Source: Podarcis gaigeae (Eukaryota). From it: a DNA stretch of 64,000 nucleotides. This document shows positions 13,133-26,448 of this stretch, in pieces. Location: assembly GCA_964106915.2 (NCBI GenBank), contig OZ066914.1; one strand, given 5' to 3'. Every line of letters starts with the position of its first letter. Position 1 is the first letter of the stretch. The notes beneath the pieces are model-generated. The model was not told the origin of the DNA, made no database searches, and saw only the letters and a program-made list of their open reading frames with translations. Both the position numbers and the translations under genes were made by a program.

Positions 13133-13499
13133 GACGTGGGTGGTGCTGTGGTCCAAACTACTGAGCCTAGGACTTGCCGATCAGAAGGTCGGCGGTTCGA
13201 ATCCCCACGACAGGGTGAGCTCTCGTTGCTTAGTCCCAGCTCCTTCCTACCTAGCAGTTTGAAAGCACATCAGAGGGCAAGTAGATAAATAGGTACCGCT
13301 CTGGCGGGAAGTTAAACGGTGTTTCCATGTGCTGCTCTGGTTTTGCCAGAAGTGGCTTAGTCATGCTGGCCACATGACCCGGAAGAACTGTCTGCGGACA
13401 AACGTTGGCTCCCTCGGCCAGTAAAGCAAGATGAGTGTGGCTACCCCAGAGTTGTTCGTGACTGGGCTTAACTGTCAGGGGTCCCTTTACCTTTACCTT
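13133..13499 (+). mobile_element. Sauria SINE, full length
   Basis: tRNA-like head with B box ggttcgaatcc and (ACCTTT)n tail. 13-bp TSD taagagttgtcag (13120-13132 and 13500-13512). Confidence 0.9.
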
Positions 13500-13725
13500 T
13501 AAGAGTTGTCAGAGGACAAGCACTGATGAAAATAGATCCCTAGTGACTGTAACAGTAACACAATGAAAATACAATTCTTAAGATGTTTAACAACATTAAG
13601 TGTACAATTCCAAGGAAATTATATATATTAATTTGTTTTATTTGTTACTCTGTGGTTTACGACACACAATTACTGCAGTATCCAATGAAATACAGAAATA
13701 ATGTTTCTAAAACCATACTTAACAG

Positions 13726-13878
13726 CAGGCATGTCCAAAGTCCGTTTCGGGGGCCTAATCCGGCCTGCAGGTCAGTTTAATCTGGTCCTTGTGGCAGTTT
13801 ATTTCGTAGGGTAAAATCCCAAAAAACCTCAACAACTTCAATCCTAAAAAAAGGTCAAAAAAAGTTTGGACACCACTG
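13726..13878. mobile_element. hAT-type MITE
   Basis: Imperfect TIRs caggcatgtccaaag/aagtttggacaccactg. Perfect 8-bp TSD cttaacag. Confidence 0.72.
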
Positions 13879-15360
13879 CTTAACAGCATTAACTTTTTAA
13901 CTTGACAAAACTGTGATATCCATGTCTTGCCCACATTTTTTACTGTATCGCAAAATCCTGAATGAATGAAAACACCTTAAAACGGTTTCAGAAGGCCAGC
14001 AATGAGGGGGGCAGTTTAATTTCTAAAGGGAGGAGTTCAAAAGTTGGGTCGCCATCTTGGAGAAGGTCCTTTTCTGTGCTGCTGCAGAATTTAACTTAAC
14101 CATAGGAGAAACCAGAAACAGAGCATCTCTCATTGATCTCCAGGCTTCGGCTGGCACATACATGTTTATAGTATAAACATAGAAGAAGATAATGGAGCAG
14201 AGGCAAAATGATAATTTCAGGTTTGTTGTTCTTATCTGACAGATAATAAGGCAGGTTGTTGTGGAAAGAAGGAAAGGGTCTTTTATTTGTTGTATATATT
14301 TCTCTGTTGGATATCTAAGAGACTTTAGTTGCCAGAGGAAGGGACAACATTTGAGTGGCTGTATTCAGGATATATTAATGTTCTGGGGCTCAGGTGGTGT
14401 GAATATGCTCAAAATATTTCAACTTCTACCACAGAAAAAAATTGTAAAGGAGCAACGTATATGTAGGCGCTAAAGCTTATTTAATTCTGCACAGTTGTCT
14501 GTTTGGGTGAGGTGGGATTGGGAGAAAGCAGTTCTGTAATTTTCCAAATTAATGAGTGAAAAAGTGGGTGAAATTCCTGGTTCTGATGAGAACTGTGGCT
14601 GCTGTTCAATCTCACAAAAGATCAAGGAGTCCATCAAGGGCCATGTGTGCTGGTAAGGATGCAGTAGGAGCACGACTGGTGTTGGCTTTACAACTGTTTT
14701 GGCACCAGGTGAAAACCTGCCTATTGGTTGAGACGTTTGAAAGTTGGCCATTTTAAAGCTGGTTATTTTAGCCTGCTCCTTTAGTGTGTGTCGTTTTATT
14801 TGTTGTGTGCTCTATTTCTCTGTGTGAAAATGGGGCAATGTGGTTGTGGTTCTGTTTGTTTCTCATACATTCCCACCCCCCTCCTGGAATGGAAGCTCCT
14901 GGGTCCGGTCTCTTGCTTAACTAGGGTATGGTCAAACAATAGAACTAAGTAGCTAGCTTTTAACGTATATGGAAATAGCAAGTTTCATTCCACCAGGGTG
15001 CAGAAGCTGATACAAATTTCATTAATATATTACCTAACAAAGAATACTGAAACAACTTACACAGCCAGGCCAAAGCCAACATCATCCATGTAACTTGGAG
15101 TTCTTTCAGAAAATCTTGTTGATGTTTTCAGATTGTTTAGTGAACTATGAGAGAGGTGACCACAAGGCTTGGGACGTTCCTGTGTATAAGCCAGCATCAA
15201 GGCTAGTTACAACAGATGGGAACAGATATAGAGGTCACAGGTACAAGTGCAGTGGGCACTTTTGATTTTGCACTTGTTCTTTAGCTATTAATTAAACTTT
15301 TTTTTCTTTAGTTACTCATCATTTTACATACAGGAATGTTTGTTTGAATTGCATGTGTGT

Positions 15361-15604
15361 AAATGATTACTATTTAAAGTGGGTTAGAATAAATGGTAGA
15401 TTAGATCAAAGGTTGAGGAACAGTCAACATTATTTGATTTCTATACAATTACTTTGTTGTTGTTGTTGTTATTGAGTCGGACATGACTAAACGACTAAAC
15501 AAAAACAACAAAATGATTACTATTTAAAAAGTGAGCTAGAATAAATGGTGGATTAGATCAAAGGTTGAGGAATAGTCAACATTATTTGATTTCAATACCA
15601 CTTA
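15361..15604. repeat. About 90-bp direct duplication (15361-15451 and 15511-15604)
   Basis: aaatgattactatttaaa...tcaacattatttgatttc occurs twice with a few substitutions. Confidence 0.9.
15452..15510 (+). mobile_element. BovB/RTE LINE 3'-tail remnant
   Basis: gagtcggacatgactaaacgactaaac plus (AAC)n tail resembles a BovB 3' end. Confidence 0.6.
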
Positions 15605-15682
15605 ATATATTAAAAATATATCTAAGCAGTATGCAGAAAACTGAAGCAACAACAGACAACTGAAACAAAATACTACAAAAAT

Positions 15683-16055
15683 GGGGATGCGGGTGGCGCT
15701 GTGGTCTAAACCACTGAGTCTTTTAGGCTTGCCAATCAGAAGGTTGACGGTTTGAATCCATGCAACAGTGGTGAGCTCCCATTGCTCTGTACCAGCTTCT
15801 GCCAACCTAGCAGTTCAAAAGCATACCAGTGCAAGTAGATAAATAGGTACTGCTGTGGCGGGAAGGTAAATGGTGTTTCTGTGTGCTCTGGCTTCTGTCA
15901 CGGTGTTCTGTTGTGCCAGAAGCAGTTTAGTCATGCTGGCCACATGACCCGGAAATCTGTCTGTGGACAAATGCCTGCTCCTGAAGTGAGATGAGCGCCG
16001 TACCCCTTAGTCGCCTTTGACTGGACTCAACCATCCAGGAATCCTTTATCATTAT
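15683..16055 (+). mobile_element. Sauria SINE (diverged)
   Basis: Collinear similarity to 13133-13499 (gtggcgctgtggtctaaaccactgag, gcaagtagataaataggtac, gctggccacatgacccggaa). Confidence 0.88.
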
Positions 16056-16547
16056 CAGTTCATTTTCCTCCTGACACACCGTCCCTCTCAGCTTCTGGAT
16101 TCTCACCCAGGGTCCAAACAAACTCAGACCACCCACAAAAGTATCACTCCGAAAAAAGCTCCTGGTCTCTCACTCTAGATATGCTTTTTATGGGCAAGCC
16201 CAAGGTAGATGGCACTTCCTCAGGCTGTCCACAGTTGTGTCCCATTCAGCTGCATTCTCCATACCTAGTTCCAGGTACAGCAGGTTTGTTGACTTTCCCA
16301 GGGGGTCCAGTGGATGGGAAAAGGACCTCCTTTCCTCCTCCTCCAGCCATCTATGTATGCTTAGTTACTCTTGTGGAGCAGGATTTGCAGGGCTAAGTGT
16401 AGGTTGATATTTCACTAGTCATTTATGCAGCTCTCTCTGAGGTTCTCAATTCTCAACTCTAAATAGCCCAGCTTAAATTGATTACCCTTGAGAAAGAAAG
16501 GTATGTGACATTCAGATGCATGCTATTTTTCTGTGTGCTTTTTTCAG

Positions 16548-16767
16548 GTCGAAGTTCTGGAACAGTCAAACAATGTGACAGTTGGTTACTATGTAACTCA
16601 CGAGAGTCTGGTTTTTATACCTGCTGTGGTTATCGAGATGTTAATTGCATATGGTGTGAGTAATGCCACCTTGGATATTAAGCAACATGTGCCAAATCTT
16701 CATTCTGTTGCTGTCTTAGCCTTGCCATGGGACCCACTGCCAGCTTACCACTTTCAGCTGAAAACAG
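16548..16767 (+). CDS. KIAA1549: KIAA1549 exon (220 nt) VEVLEQSNNVTVGYY...AYHFQLKT
   Basis: ttttttcag| acceptor. Non-canonical donor CAG|gcaagt. Phase 0-1, matching the next exon. Confidence 0.92.
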
Positions 16768-17764
16768 GCAAGTCATAAACACACAGCTTTGTATAAATTC
16801 CTACTGTAAGTGTCCTGGCATCAGCAAAAATATTGTTTGGATTCAACGGGGTTGAAATAATCCAAGATGTCACTTGATGAAATAAATCTTAGTTGATTAA
16901 TTGTAAGAGGTTTAATAAAATTTGCTGAAATTTATGCATGAAATAAGAGGTCTCAAGCGATAGCACACTTTGCCTCTGTATGCATCAAAGCAGGCATCAT
17001 TTTAGTTGAAGCATTCCTTACTGTGTGAGAGCGAAGAGGGAACAACTCTCTTAAAATGGTGTTTGCCATCTACGGTGTTACTTAGTATATGCATTAATAA
17101 TGTACGTCTGCTGTCAGATTTCAGTATTTTTCCAGCTGATCATGAGTTTTCAGCCACACACTTATCAATGTGAGCCTTCCCTTCACACTTTATGGCAGGG
17201 GTGGGCAACCTGCAGTCCACAGCTTAAGTCCATCAGTGGTCTCCATTTGGCCCATGAGGCTGTTGCTCCCAAACCATGCCTACCTGCACACCATAAATTA
17301 TATATGATGTCAGGTATAGGGCAGGTGGAGACACGGTTGCCAGGGCACAAGCAGGAACCTTAAAAAGCAAGCCCAATCAGGCACTGGGGAAGGAGGCTTG
17401 CTCTTGCTGTCAGTCATCTGGGATTGATAATGGAAGGAATTAACTACACCAGGGCTGGTATAGCTAAGGGCCTGTCTTTTGACAAGTTGAGAGAATGAAA
17501 TGGCTTAAGATCCTTCAGACCCAGTTGCTGGGAACATGCTTTATATGGGCAAACCAGGAATCCACATGGGTGGAAGAATCAACCCATTGTCTGGAATGGA
17601 CTGAAAAAGGGACAATAACTTATTATGAAAAGGCTACCACTCCCACCTCCTGCCCTGACTGCCCTGAGGACCTCTTCCCTCTTTCCTTCATATGCAGGAT
17701 TGGTCTACCCAAAAGGGAAATAATGTATTTATATTCACTAAACACTTGGCTATTCTTCATCTAG

Positions 17765-17898
17765 AACTGCAGTTTGTGGGTCAGTCTGACAACATACAGT
17801 CATGCAGATTTGTTCAGACCATGGAACAAAGATTGCAGAAAGCATTTCAGGATGCTGAGAGGAAGGTCTTGAACACCAGTAGCAAGTTAACTGTTCAG
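17765..17898 (+). CDS. KIAA1549: KIAA1549 exon (134 nt) ELQFVGQSDNIQSCRFVQTMEQRLQKAFQDAERKVLNTSSKLTVQ
   Basis: catctag| acceptor, CAG|gtaata donor, phase 1-0. Confidence 0.93.
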
Positions 17899-20268
17899 GT
17901 AATATTCTTTAACTTTATTAGTAACCTTTTATGGGTTATGCCTGTAATACTTTGCAAAACTTTTATTAAACATGTTGTTATTGTTATAACTTCATAGCCA
18001 ATATGAAAATATTTTATATTTGTTATTTTGTTAATAGCTCAATGATTCTTATGGCTGCATCTGCCACAACTGCTGTATAAACAACCCCAACATTTATTAT
18101 CTGCACTTTTTTTTTTTACAGAACCAGACACTAAATTGTAAACCTTACAGATTAAGTTAATTTTATAAACAACATAATGTGAAATGGAATGGGTCTTGTT
18201 TACTCACGTTAATAAAGATATTTATTTTTCCAGAAGTTGAAAGGCACAATTATAAGTAGTCATATTGGCCCCAATCAACTATAGTACATATATATATATG
18301 CCTTTTTTTAATGCAACAAGGGATGTATACATGCCACCTGGTTTCTACCTCTATCATTCTAAATGGAAATTATAGCAGGATAAAGCAGCATTGTAAACTG
18401 CTGTTCATTTATCAAAAATGTCTGTTCCATGTCAACATGTCCCCACCAGCTTTTCAGTTTGATATGCCATTTCATAATTACATGAGATTGCCCTACGTTT
18501 CTTTGCTCTTTAGAAAGCACTGGCACTGCAGATAAGTGGCCAAATGATTTTTTTAAGAGTCCTAACCTCACTGCATACCAGACATACACAGCTTGTACCC
18601 TACAATAATCAAAATCAGGAGGACCTGGGTAGGCTGTGCTATGTGGCTGGTATGTTTTATTGGCAGGTCATAAACAAGAACAGAACTGGACTATACATTA
18701 GAATGAGCAAGAAGAGATGCAGCAATAGGTCAGGGAGAAATTGTTTTCAACTATGCCAGCAGAAAAAAATAGCTTTAAAGTTTATAAGTGGGTACTTGTA
18801 CCATTTTGCCATGGAGTAAATGGCTTCTTGGTATCATAGTGGAAACAGACCTGCCTTTTAAGTTCACTAAAGCTATTTTAGTTTCTTGATTAAAGATTGT
18901 ATTCAATGAAATTTTTGCTCTAGTGCAAGGATTAGCACCAGTACAACAGGATCTGCCCCCCCATTGCATGTGCCCTTCACTACCCCCAAATCTTCTCTGG
19001 AGGGTTGGGGGAACCCCCAGGACAGATTTAGGGACTGCTGGGAGGACAAGATGTGTGGATGGAATGTTCCCTTTAATGCTACATTGAATACGACCCTCTG
19101 TGTCTGTGGCCAGGGACCTGTGTACTTGCATTTATGTACAGTGCTTAGTATATTTTGGCCCTTTTTTCCCAAATAACAAAGGTGAAGAAGAGTAATCCTT
19201 GCTCTTTTGCTTTTCCTATGAACATCAAAAAAGATGGAGGCTTTGTCTGCCTAGATATTTGCTGCAGGTCAGTGCAAATTGAATGCACGTGCATTTGACC
19301 TGAGTAACCTGCTCTGTAAGCATCTGGAGATCTGTGTGGGCATGGCATTGCCTTGTTGAAAATGGCACTAGTCTGAAGACAGGCACGTTTTCTCCACCTC
19401 AACTTATTGCACCACAAATTTGTGTTGATGAAAGTCCCCTACATGGAATATTGTGACTCACCCATGCATGGAACATGTTGTGTCCTTCTTACCTCGCCTG
19501 CCCTGTCCCTCTTCCTCCACTCTGTTCTCAACTTGACTCAGTTTAAAGGGTTAATTTTTTCAGGGTTTCTTTACCTACACTTTGCACAGTTGCGCAACCA
19601 TTTAATAAAAGATGGGATCCCAATGTGATGATTGTTCAGAACATTGAAAGGGAGCAAAACTTTGTATTCTGGAAATGCAACCAAACCTGTGCATACCTGC
19701 AAACACATCAGCACTTTGTTATTAAGATATAGGATATGCTTCTAAGACAGGAAGAGGCGTGCAATGAACATGCTGTAAGCAAGAAGCAATGCAGATGTGC
19801 CTTTAATTCTTGTCCATAGAATATAGGCAAGTGCTTCTAGTTTGATGTTTTAGGTCAAAGCTATAGTTGAGGAAGGTACCTTCCCACCCAATACAACCCT
19901 GTAATGAGCATGGTGCACAGCCCATACTTGTCCTATGCCTATCCTTATCAGACATGTGGACTGGCTGTACATATTGAATACAGGGTTATGCTGGTTCTGA
20001 ATGGTAAAACAGCACCTTCTGAAATGAAAGCTATCTGAGTTAGCCCTCCTTTGTCCTGGAGTGGAAATACTCTTTTCCTCTTGGCTGCTTCTGTAACAAA
20101 GTTGGATAGTCTAGCCAAAGAGTTAAAACACCCATGAGCATGTGTGTTTAACAATGACAGCATGATTAACATTTTTCTTTGCCATGTGCACTAATGAAAT
20201 AATATGCAGAAAACAAGTAATGTCAAAATGAAGCTACCGGCTGTTTCTCCACTTTGGTCTTGTTTCAG

Positions 20269-20431
20269 ATACTGAGCACATCAAATGTTTCTCAAGCTGT
20301 AACTCTCTTTTATGTGGTGAAAAATGAAAGCACAGTCTTAAACGGCACTGTCTCAAGCAACCTTCTCAATCATCTTTCAGCAGAATTGGTGGGATTCTAT
20401 CTCACCTATCCACCTCTGACCATTGCTGAAG
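20269..20431 (+). CDS. KIAA1549: KIAA1549 exon (163 nt) ILSTSNVSQAVTLFYVV...LTYPPLTIAE
   Basis: tgtttcag| acceptor, GAAG|gtaagc donor, phase 0-1. Confidence 0.94.
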
Positions 20432-20579
20432 GTAAGCCTGCAAGGTGATCAAATTATTTGGATTCTTTCGGTGTTTGCTAGTTGACACTTTAAAAAACAT
20501 TCCCATTGAAAGTTAAGCACCACAGCCTTTTCTGCTCCAAAACTTTCTCCTGTGTAACATATCCTATATCCATCTAGAC

Positions 20580-20910
20580 CAGGGGTCGGCAACCTAAGGC
20601 CCATAGGCCACAAGCGGCCCATGCTGGTTGTTTAACCGGCCCATGGACCCCCGCCACCTGCTCGGGGACCCTCGCCGGCCACTCGGTTGGCTCCTGTGCT
20701 AAACTGGCACGGAGCTGAGTGGGGACCTCCTTCCACGATGCTGGCTGGCTTCCCATTGGCTGCAGGAAGCTCCTGCAGCCAATGGGAAGCTGCGCACGTC
20801 TCTTCTGCACCGGAAGGAGAACCAGAAATAGCGCTTGCACGTATGTGCATGTGAGCACACACACCTGTGGGACTGAACCGGCCCAAGCCACAAAAACTTT
20901 GCCAACCCCA
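20580..20910. mobile_element. hAT (Charlie-like) MITE
   Basis: TIRs caggggtcggcaa/ttgccaacccca. Perfect 8-bp TSD atctagac. Confidence 0.8.
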
Positions 20911-22231
20911 ATCTAGACTATGATGCTTCCTTTCTTAAAAGAAGCCCAGATCAGAAAAAAGTAAAAAACCATGGTTGAAGTGCACCTCAGAAGGAAAACA
21001 GCTGGTTACTCATACTGTTATGAACCACTAATATAGAGTATTTTGTGATATTAGCTCTTCATTAAATGACTGACTTTTTTGGTGGACTGTGTCTGTGGCC
21101 AAGATTTTCTTTAAAGTAGTGAACAGATAAATTAAAAACCTAGGGTAGGGATCTGAAAAAAATGCTGCACCATGCTTCTTGCAACAAAATAAAATCCTGT
21201 ACAGTACATAGGCGGTAAAGATATGAAAGGCATGTTGCTAACAAAAATAAGTGACTTAAAATGCCAGCTGGACAGCCATCCACTGTACACCAGAGGTCCA
21301 GTTTCTGATTATGACCCCTCAAAATAAGGAGATGCTAGATGGAATTGTGAGGTGAGAAGGACATTGCTGTTTCACTACATAAACAAGACAACTAACTGGG
21401 TAAGGGAGCCCATAATGCCATTCTCCAAAGAATTCACAATAAAGCAGAAAGATGACTTGAGGTAATGAAGAAGGGAGTACAAACATAAAGGCAAACAGTT
21501 TTAAAAAGGACCACTCTTGATGGTCATATATACATTTTTTCTCTTTGCCTCATGTTTGCAGTGGAAATATGCAATAGGCTGTCAGGACGAGCTTGCAAAG
21601 TTTTCTTCTATAAAAGCAGTTTGAGGATGGATGCATCTTGTAATTCAGCCTCTAGGCTGAACTGAACCCTCCTGACTGCTATTTATTCTGTCTGATAGCT
21701 ATATTTCCACGGCTTACCGTTTAAAGATCCAGTGTCTTCCTAGATAAAAAGCTGACAAAAGTATATTGTGAAATGAGTGTTAAAACACCATTTGAAGAAA
21801 ATAATCATTCATGATCCTGCTTTGATTTGCTTACCCCCTCACTGGTTAGCAGTTACATGAAACATTCTTCCGAAGCTTCTTGTGTGAGTAACTGTAAATC
21901 AGTCTAACCCTTGGTGATCAAAGATCTATAGTGCAGCCAGAACAACAGAGGGGTGGATATGTATTCAGAAGTTCCTGGGCTTGCTTTGTAAAACCAGCGC
22001 TGCCAGGGCTGAAGCCTGCCTTCACACTGCTCTTACACTCGTGACAGTGCAAGTCCTGCCCTGTAATTTCAGGAACACAAAACCTAGTTGCAGTTAATCA
22101 TAGTGAGTAGGAACTGGGAACATAATCAGTCTTTGTTTATTGATGTTCTTTTCTGTTTATAGTTATAAAAATCAGTTTTGGAAATGTGACATAAATTTTG
22201 TATATAATTCTTTTCTTCTTTTGTTTCAAAG

Positions 22232-22291
22232 CTTTGGAATATCCAAATCTTGACACTTCAGAAGCAACTAGAGACTACTGGGTTGTTACAG
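22232..22291 (+). CDS. KIAA1549: KIAA1549 exon (60 nt) ALEYPNLDTSEATRDYWVVT
   Basis: Polypyrimidine tract then ttcaaag| acceptor, ACAG|gtaaat donor, phase 1-1. Confidence 0.93.
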
Positions 22292-23375
22292 GTAAATGCT
22301 TGCATTTTTTTAAAGGAAAAAGTTCATCCACTGTCTTTTCCATGATTTATTCTGAATTATGTTCCACTTTGAATTCTATTATTATAATTATTATTATGAA
22401 AAGGATTTTTTTTTTACCTGCTAATGAATTTGGGATTTTCAGTGACTCACAGCTTCTATAGTTGCTATGTGTTGTTTGAAGCACTCATAGAATTGTAGAG
22501 TTAGAAGAGACCCCCGGGGTTACCTTGTCCAACCCCCTGCAATGCAGGAATTCTGCCCACAGCTGTCCCTAGGTGGGCTCAAACCACCAACCTTCTGGTC
22601 AACAAGCAAGACATACTGATGAGCAGGTCTGCTGCCAGCTTGTAGGAATGCCTGCTGGTGGTCTCATGTTATGCTGCTTTATTTGTAATTAAAGCAAATA
22701 TTGTGGCATCTCTCCTCCAAGGGGAACCAAAAACTGCAATCCTGCCAATAACAACAACAACTCGGAGATTGTGTAGGTATTGTGCAGCAACAGGGCTTTA
22801 TTTTGCATCTGTTTGGCACTGTTTATATAGTAATGCTGAGGTTTATTCAGTAAAGGAATCAAAATTGGCTCTGCAGCACCTGTGCTACTTGGAAAATATT
22901 CCTTTAGGCTAGAACTATGTCCATACTTCTTGGTTCCACAAGTTAAAATAGGCACTGTACTTTGTAATGGAGCCTGATTAACTTTCTGTTTTCCATGCAC
23001 CAGCATGAATTCAGGCCATTTCTATGAGGGCCAAGTGTTTCCTATGCTCTTATGACTCTTATGACCAAACATGCTTGAAATCCTAGTACCACAACTGCCT
23101 TCTCTTCAGGATTCCACTTCCAGTTCTGTGGCCCTCTGTGGATTTTTGCCTATCAGCTGTCCTGTAAAGACTGTTTCCTCTGCCCCAGTTCTTTTGCTCT
23201 TTTTCCTATCTCATATTGATTGCCAACCTGGCCACCTCTAGATGGGGGCTGGAGTTGCAGTCCAAAATATCTTGGGGAGTGCCAGGTTGGCAAAGGCTGA
23301 TCTAGGAGGTGCAGCAGTCTGTGAGGGCTCTCATTTCCAAACATGTCCCATTTTTTGGAGGTTTGCTGTTTTGGA

Positions 23376-23616
23376 TAAAGGTAAAGGTAAAGGTACCCCT
23401 GCCCGTACGGGCCAGTCTTGACAGACTCTGGGGTTGTGCGCCCATCTCACTCAAGAGGCCAGGGGCCAGCGCTGTCCGGAGACACTTCCGGGTCACGTGG
23501 CCAGCGTGACATCGCTGCTCTGGCGAGCCAGAGCTGCACACGGAAACGCCGTTTACCTTCCCGCTGGTAAGCGGTCCCTATTTATCTACTTGCACCCGGA
23601 GGTGCTTTCGAACTGC
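23376..23616 (-). mobile_element. Sauria SINE, 5'-truncated
   Basis: (taaagg)n tail and reverse complement of the Sauria body (cctatttatctacttgcac, gctttcgaactgc). Confidence 0.85.
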
Positions 23617-24143
23617 AATAGTTCACTTTGGCTTCAATACACCTCTCAGTGTGCGTGTGCACATGCGTGCACATAAGTGGATGTGCATATACTTTCTGGA
23701 AGCTAATTTCATCATTGGTAAAGAACAGTGCTTAATGAGAAAATGTTTAAGGCAGGGATATGTTAATAATCCACACAATTCACAGGAGTTTAGAAAGCAG
23801 GAGGAGACCAGCTGATCAGAAGCAAAGGGGTTTGTGCTGTGGAATGAAAAGTTAGGTTAAGTATTTGGAGAAAAAAACTTCTATCTGTAAGAACAGCTCA
23901 ATAATGAAATAAGCTGCCCTATGGGGCGAACTTATGAAACTTGCCTGCTTGACAGTTTTCAGGAAAAAAACCTGTTTCACAGGCAATCTGCAGGTTTAGG
24001 ATAACCAGTCTTTGAAAAGGAGGTTGGATTAGGTGACCCAATTTGTTTTTCTCAGCTCCATAGCTGTACATGTCCCTGCAGCTCAGATGTTGTTATATCT
24101 TTAATCAGTTGCTACAGAATTTCACCCCCCATGACTTTCACAG

Positions 24144-24295
24144 TTATACAGGGAGTTGACATTACAATGCTGGGGGTGAATAACCAGAGTTTTGCAAGAC
24201 TAATGGAGCAGCGTTTAGCACCACTCTTCATGATGTCCCATCAACAAGGAAGACGATTTAAAAGAGCCACTACAGTCGGCAGCTATACTGTGCAG
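24144..24295 (+). CDS. KIAA1549: KIAA1549 exon (152 nt) VIQGVD...QQGRRFKRATTVGSYTVQ
   Basis: ttcacag| acceptor, CAG|gtgggt donor, phase 1-0. Contains RFKR furin-type site. Confidence 0.94.
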
Positions 24296-24685
24296 GTGGG
24301 TGCTAAGACCATCCTCCCCCCCCAACCCCCCACTTTGCTGGTGTTTTTAACTTGCTGTTACAATCTGTATGTAACGTGTTTGTGTATAATCTAGAAGCTA
24401 CTTGGAGGCATGCTGTAAAACGTGTAAATTGGAACAAGCAAATGTTGTTTAACTTCTGTATAAATTACAAAATAATTTCGCAAATAATTATTAGCTTCCC
24501 CCTCTTCTAATCAAGAATGATATTGAATTAGGTAACACTTTTATCTGCACCAGATACACTGAAGATTTGTAATGTGACAATATGGAATACTGAAATGGCC
24601 TTTAAATTTGGTTGAAGCTGTTTAAGTCATGCTCAGGGTAGACCCATTAAACCAGTGGGCTTAAATTATTTAAGTCTAGTAGGAT

Positions 24686-24862
24686 CATAGGGTCTTACAC
24701 TGGCACAGACCATTGGTCCATCTAGCTCAATACTGTCTACACTGATTCGCAGTGGCCAGACCAGGTTTTCAGGTAGGGGTGCCTCCCAAAATGCCCTGGA
24801 GATGCTGGGGGTTAAATTTGGGACTTTCTCAGGAAAGGCAGATGCTCTCCCACCTGAGCTAC
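24686..24862 (-). mobile_element. tRNA-derived squamate SINE with CR1-like tail
   Basis: Minus strand: gtagctcaggtgggagagcatctgc head and gagctagatggaccaatggtctg tail. Confidence 0.6.
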
Positions 24863-25526
24863 CCATATCCTAATCCATTGGTTTCAAGGGCCTTCTCTGA
24901 GTATGACTTAGTAGGATGCAACCCATTGTCTCTACCAGATTGTAACCAATGGCTTGGGTTTCCCCCTTTTTATTTTCTGTGCTGGCAATGGTTGTGTAAA
25001 GGAGCAAGAGAACTAGGCTGAGTGCCTCCCTATTTGGTATGTGTGCTCAAGGCCACAAAGTGCAATTTAGTGACTGTTTCAGACACCACTGGGCAGGAGG
25101 GGACAAAGCTGTGGAACTGACATCCCAGCAGTGACAGCACTGCCTCTTATGTGGATGGTATGGGACTGCCACTCCTGCTACTGGGTTAATTATCAGTGGG
25201 GCAGTATTCCTGAACCCAATGTGTCATTGAGCAAAGTTTGCCAGAGGGAGAAACAAGGCACCCAGAGGGTGGAAACATGGAAGAAGTGTTGGGCTATCGA
25301 GCAAACCTGTGGGATATAAACAGGTTCCCATCAACATGGTTTTTATGCTTCTGCTCAAAACATTCCCCCTTTGAACATTTATGTATACTGCTGTTTCAAT
25401 TGAAAACGTATATCTAATTTATCAGTCTATTTCTATGCTAATATTATCCGTTTCGTCATAGACGTAAGTTTATACTATAAATAAGATTTCCACTCCCCCT
25501 TTTGTCTTTCTCTCTTGTTTGATAAG

Positions 25527-25698
25527 ATGGTAAAAATGCAGCGAATTCCAGGTCCCAAGGAGCCTGCTGAATTGACCTATTATACTATATACAACGGGAA
25601 ACCTTTGTTGGGCACTACAGCTGCCAAAATTTTGAGCACTGTTGATTCACAGAGGATGGCCTTGACACTGGGATATGTCGTTCAAGTACAAGCTGATC
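25527..25698 (+). CDS. KIAA1549: KIAA1549 exon (172 nt) MVKMQRIPGPKEPAELTYY...VQVQAD
   Basis: Polypyrimidine tract then gataag| acceptor, GATC|gtaagg donor, phase 0-1. Confidence 0.94.
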
Positions 25699-26448
25699 GT
25701 AAGGATTCTTTGCTTTGCTTTCAGATAGTTTATTATAATTATTCTGATTGCCTGTTATAATAAAATCAACATGGAGCATCCCCATATGGTGGCTAATCTA
25801 CTTTGGGCAGTAACTCTTGTAAATGCTATGTTTTTCTCTGGATACTTTCTTATGTGCTTTATTAATATGTAGCTTAAATGATAACAGACCTCTCTGGGGA
25901 GATATAGATATATATATAATAGCTAGGATCATCATCTACTCTAACTGACTCTTCGATGTTAAGGCGAGAACTAGAGCTGAAGGCATGATTTTAAAATAAT
26001 ATCACTTCTTTGCTTTTCATGGCTGCCAGAATGTAGAACTTAAAAGAGATATGTGCTGCTTTAGAATTGTTTCTCTATAGGCCGGTAGGAAACCATGTTT
26101 TCTGAAAGTCTACAAAGGCATTTGAGGTAATATCCCATCCCAACATTTTTTTACTTTACATAGTGAATGTAAAATATGAACTGGGTTGGAAGTCTTGATC
26201 TGGACGCAGTCCGGCAGTTTTCTAACTCTTCTCTGATTCCCACCCCCAATAACCAGCATCAATTGGAGGAAGCAGAGCATGCTAAATACTTGCATAAATA
26301 TTTAAGTGGGGCATTTGTTGCTGCTTCATACACATCCCATTAGAATTAATGGACATCAAACAGCAGTGGCATGGGCTGGTTGCTTCCTGTGCTGTAAGCA
26401 GTCTGTATCAATCTTTTCATTTTAGCTACTGTATTTAAAATGATTTTC

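Noticed and set aside
13133-13210. tRNA gene
   Set aside because: The tRNA-like boxes are the head of a Sauria SINE, not a cloverleaf tRNA.
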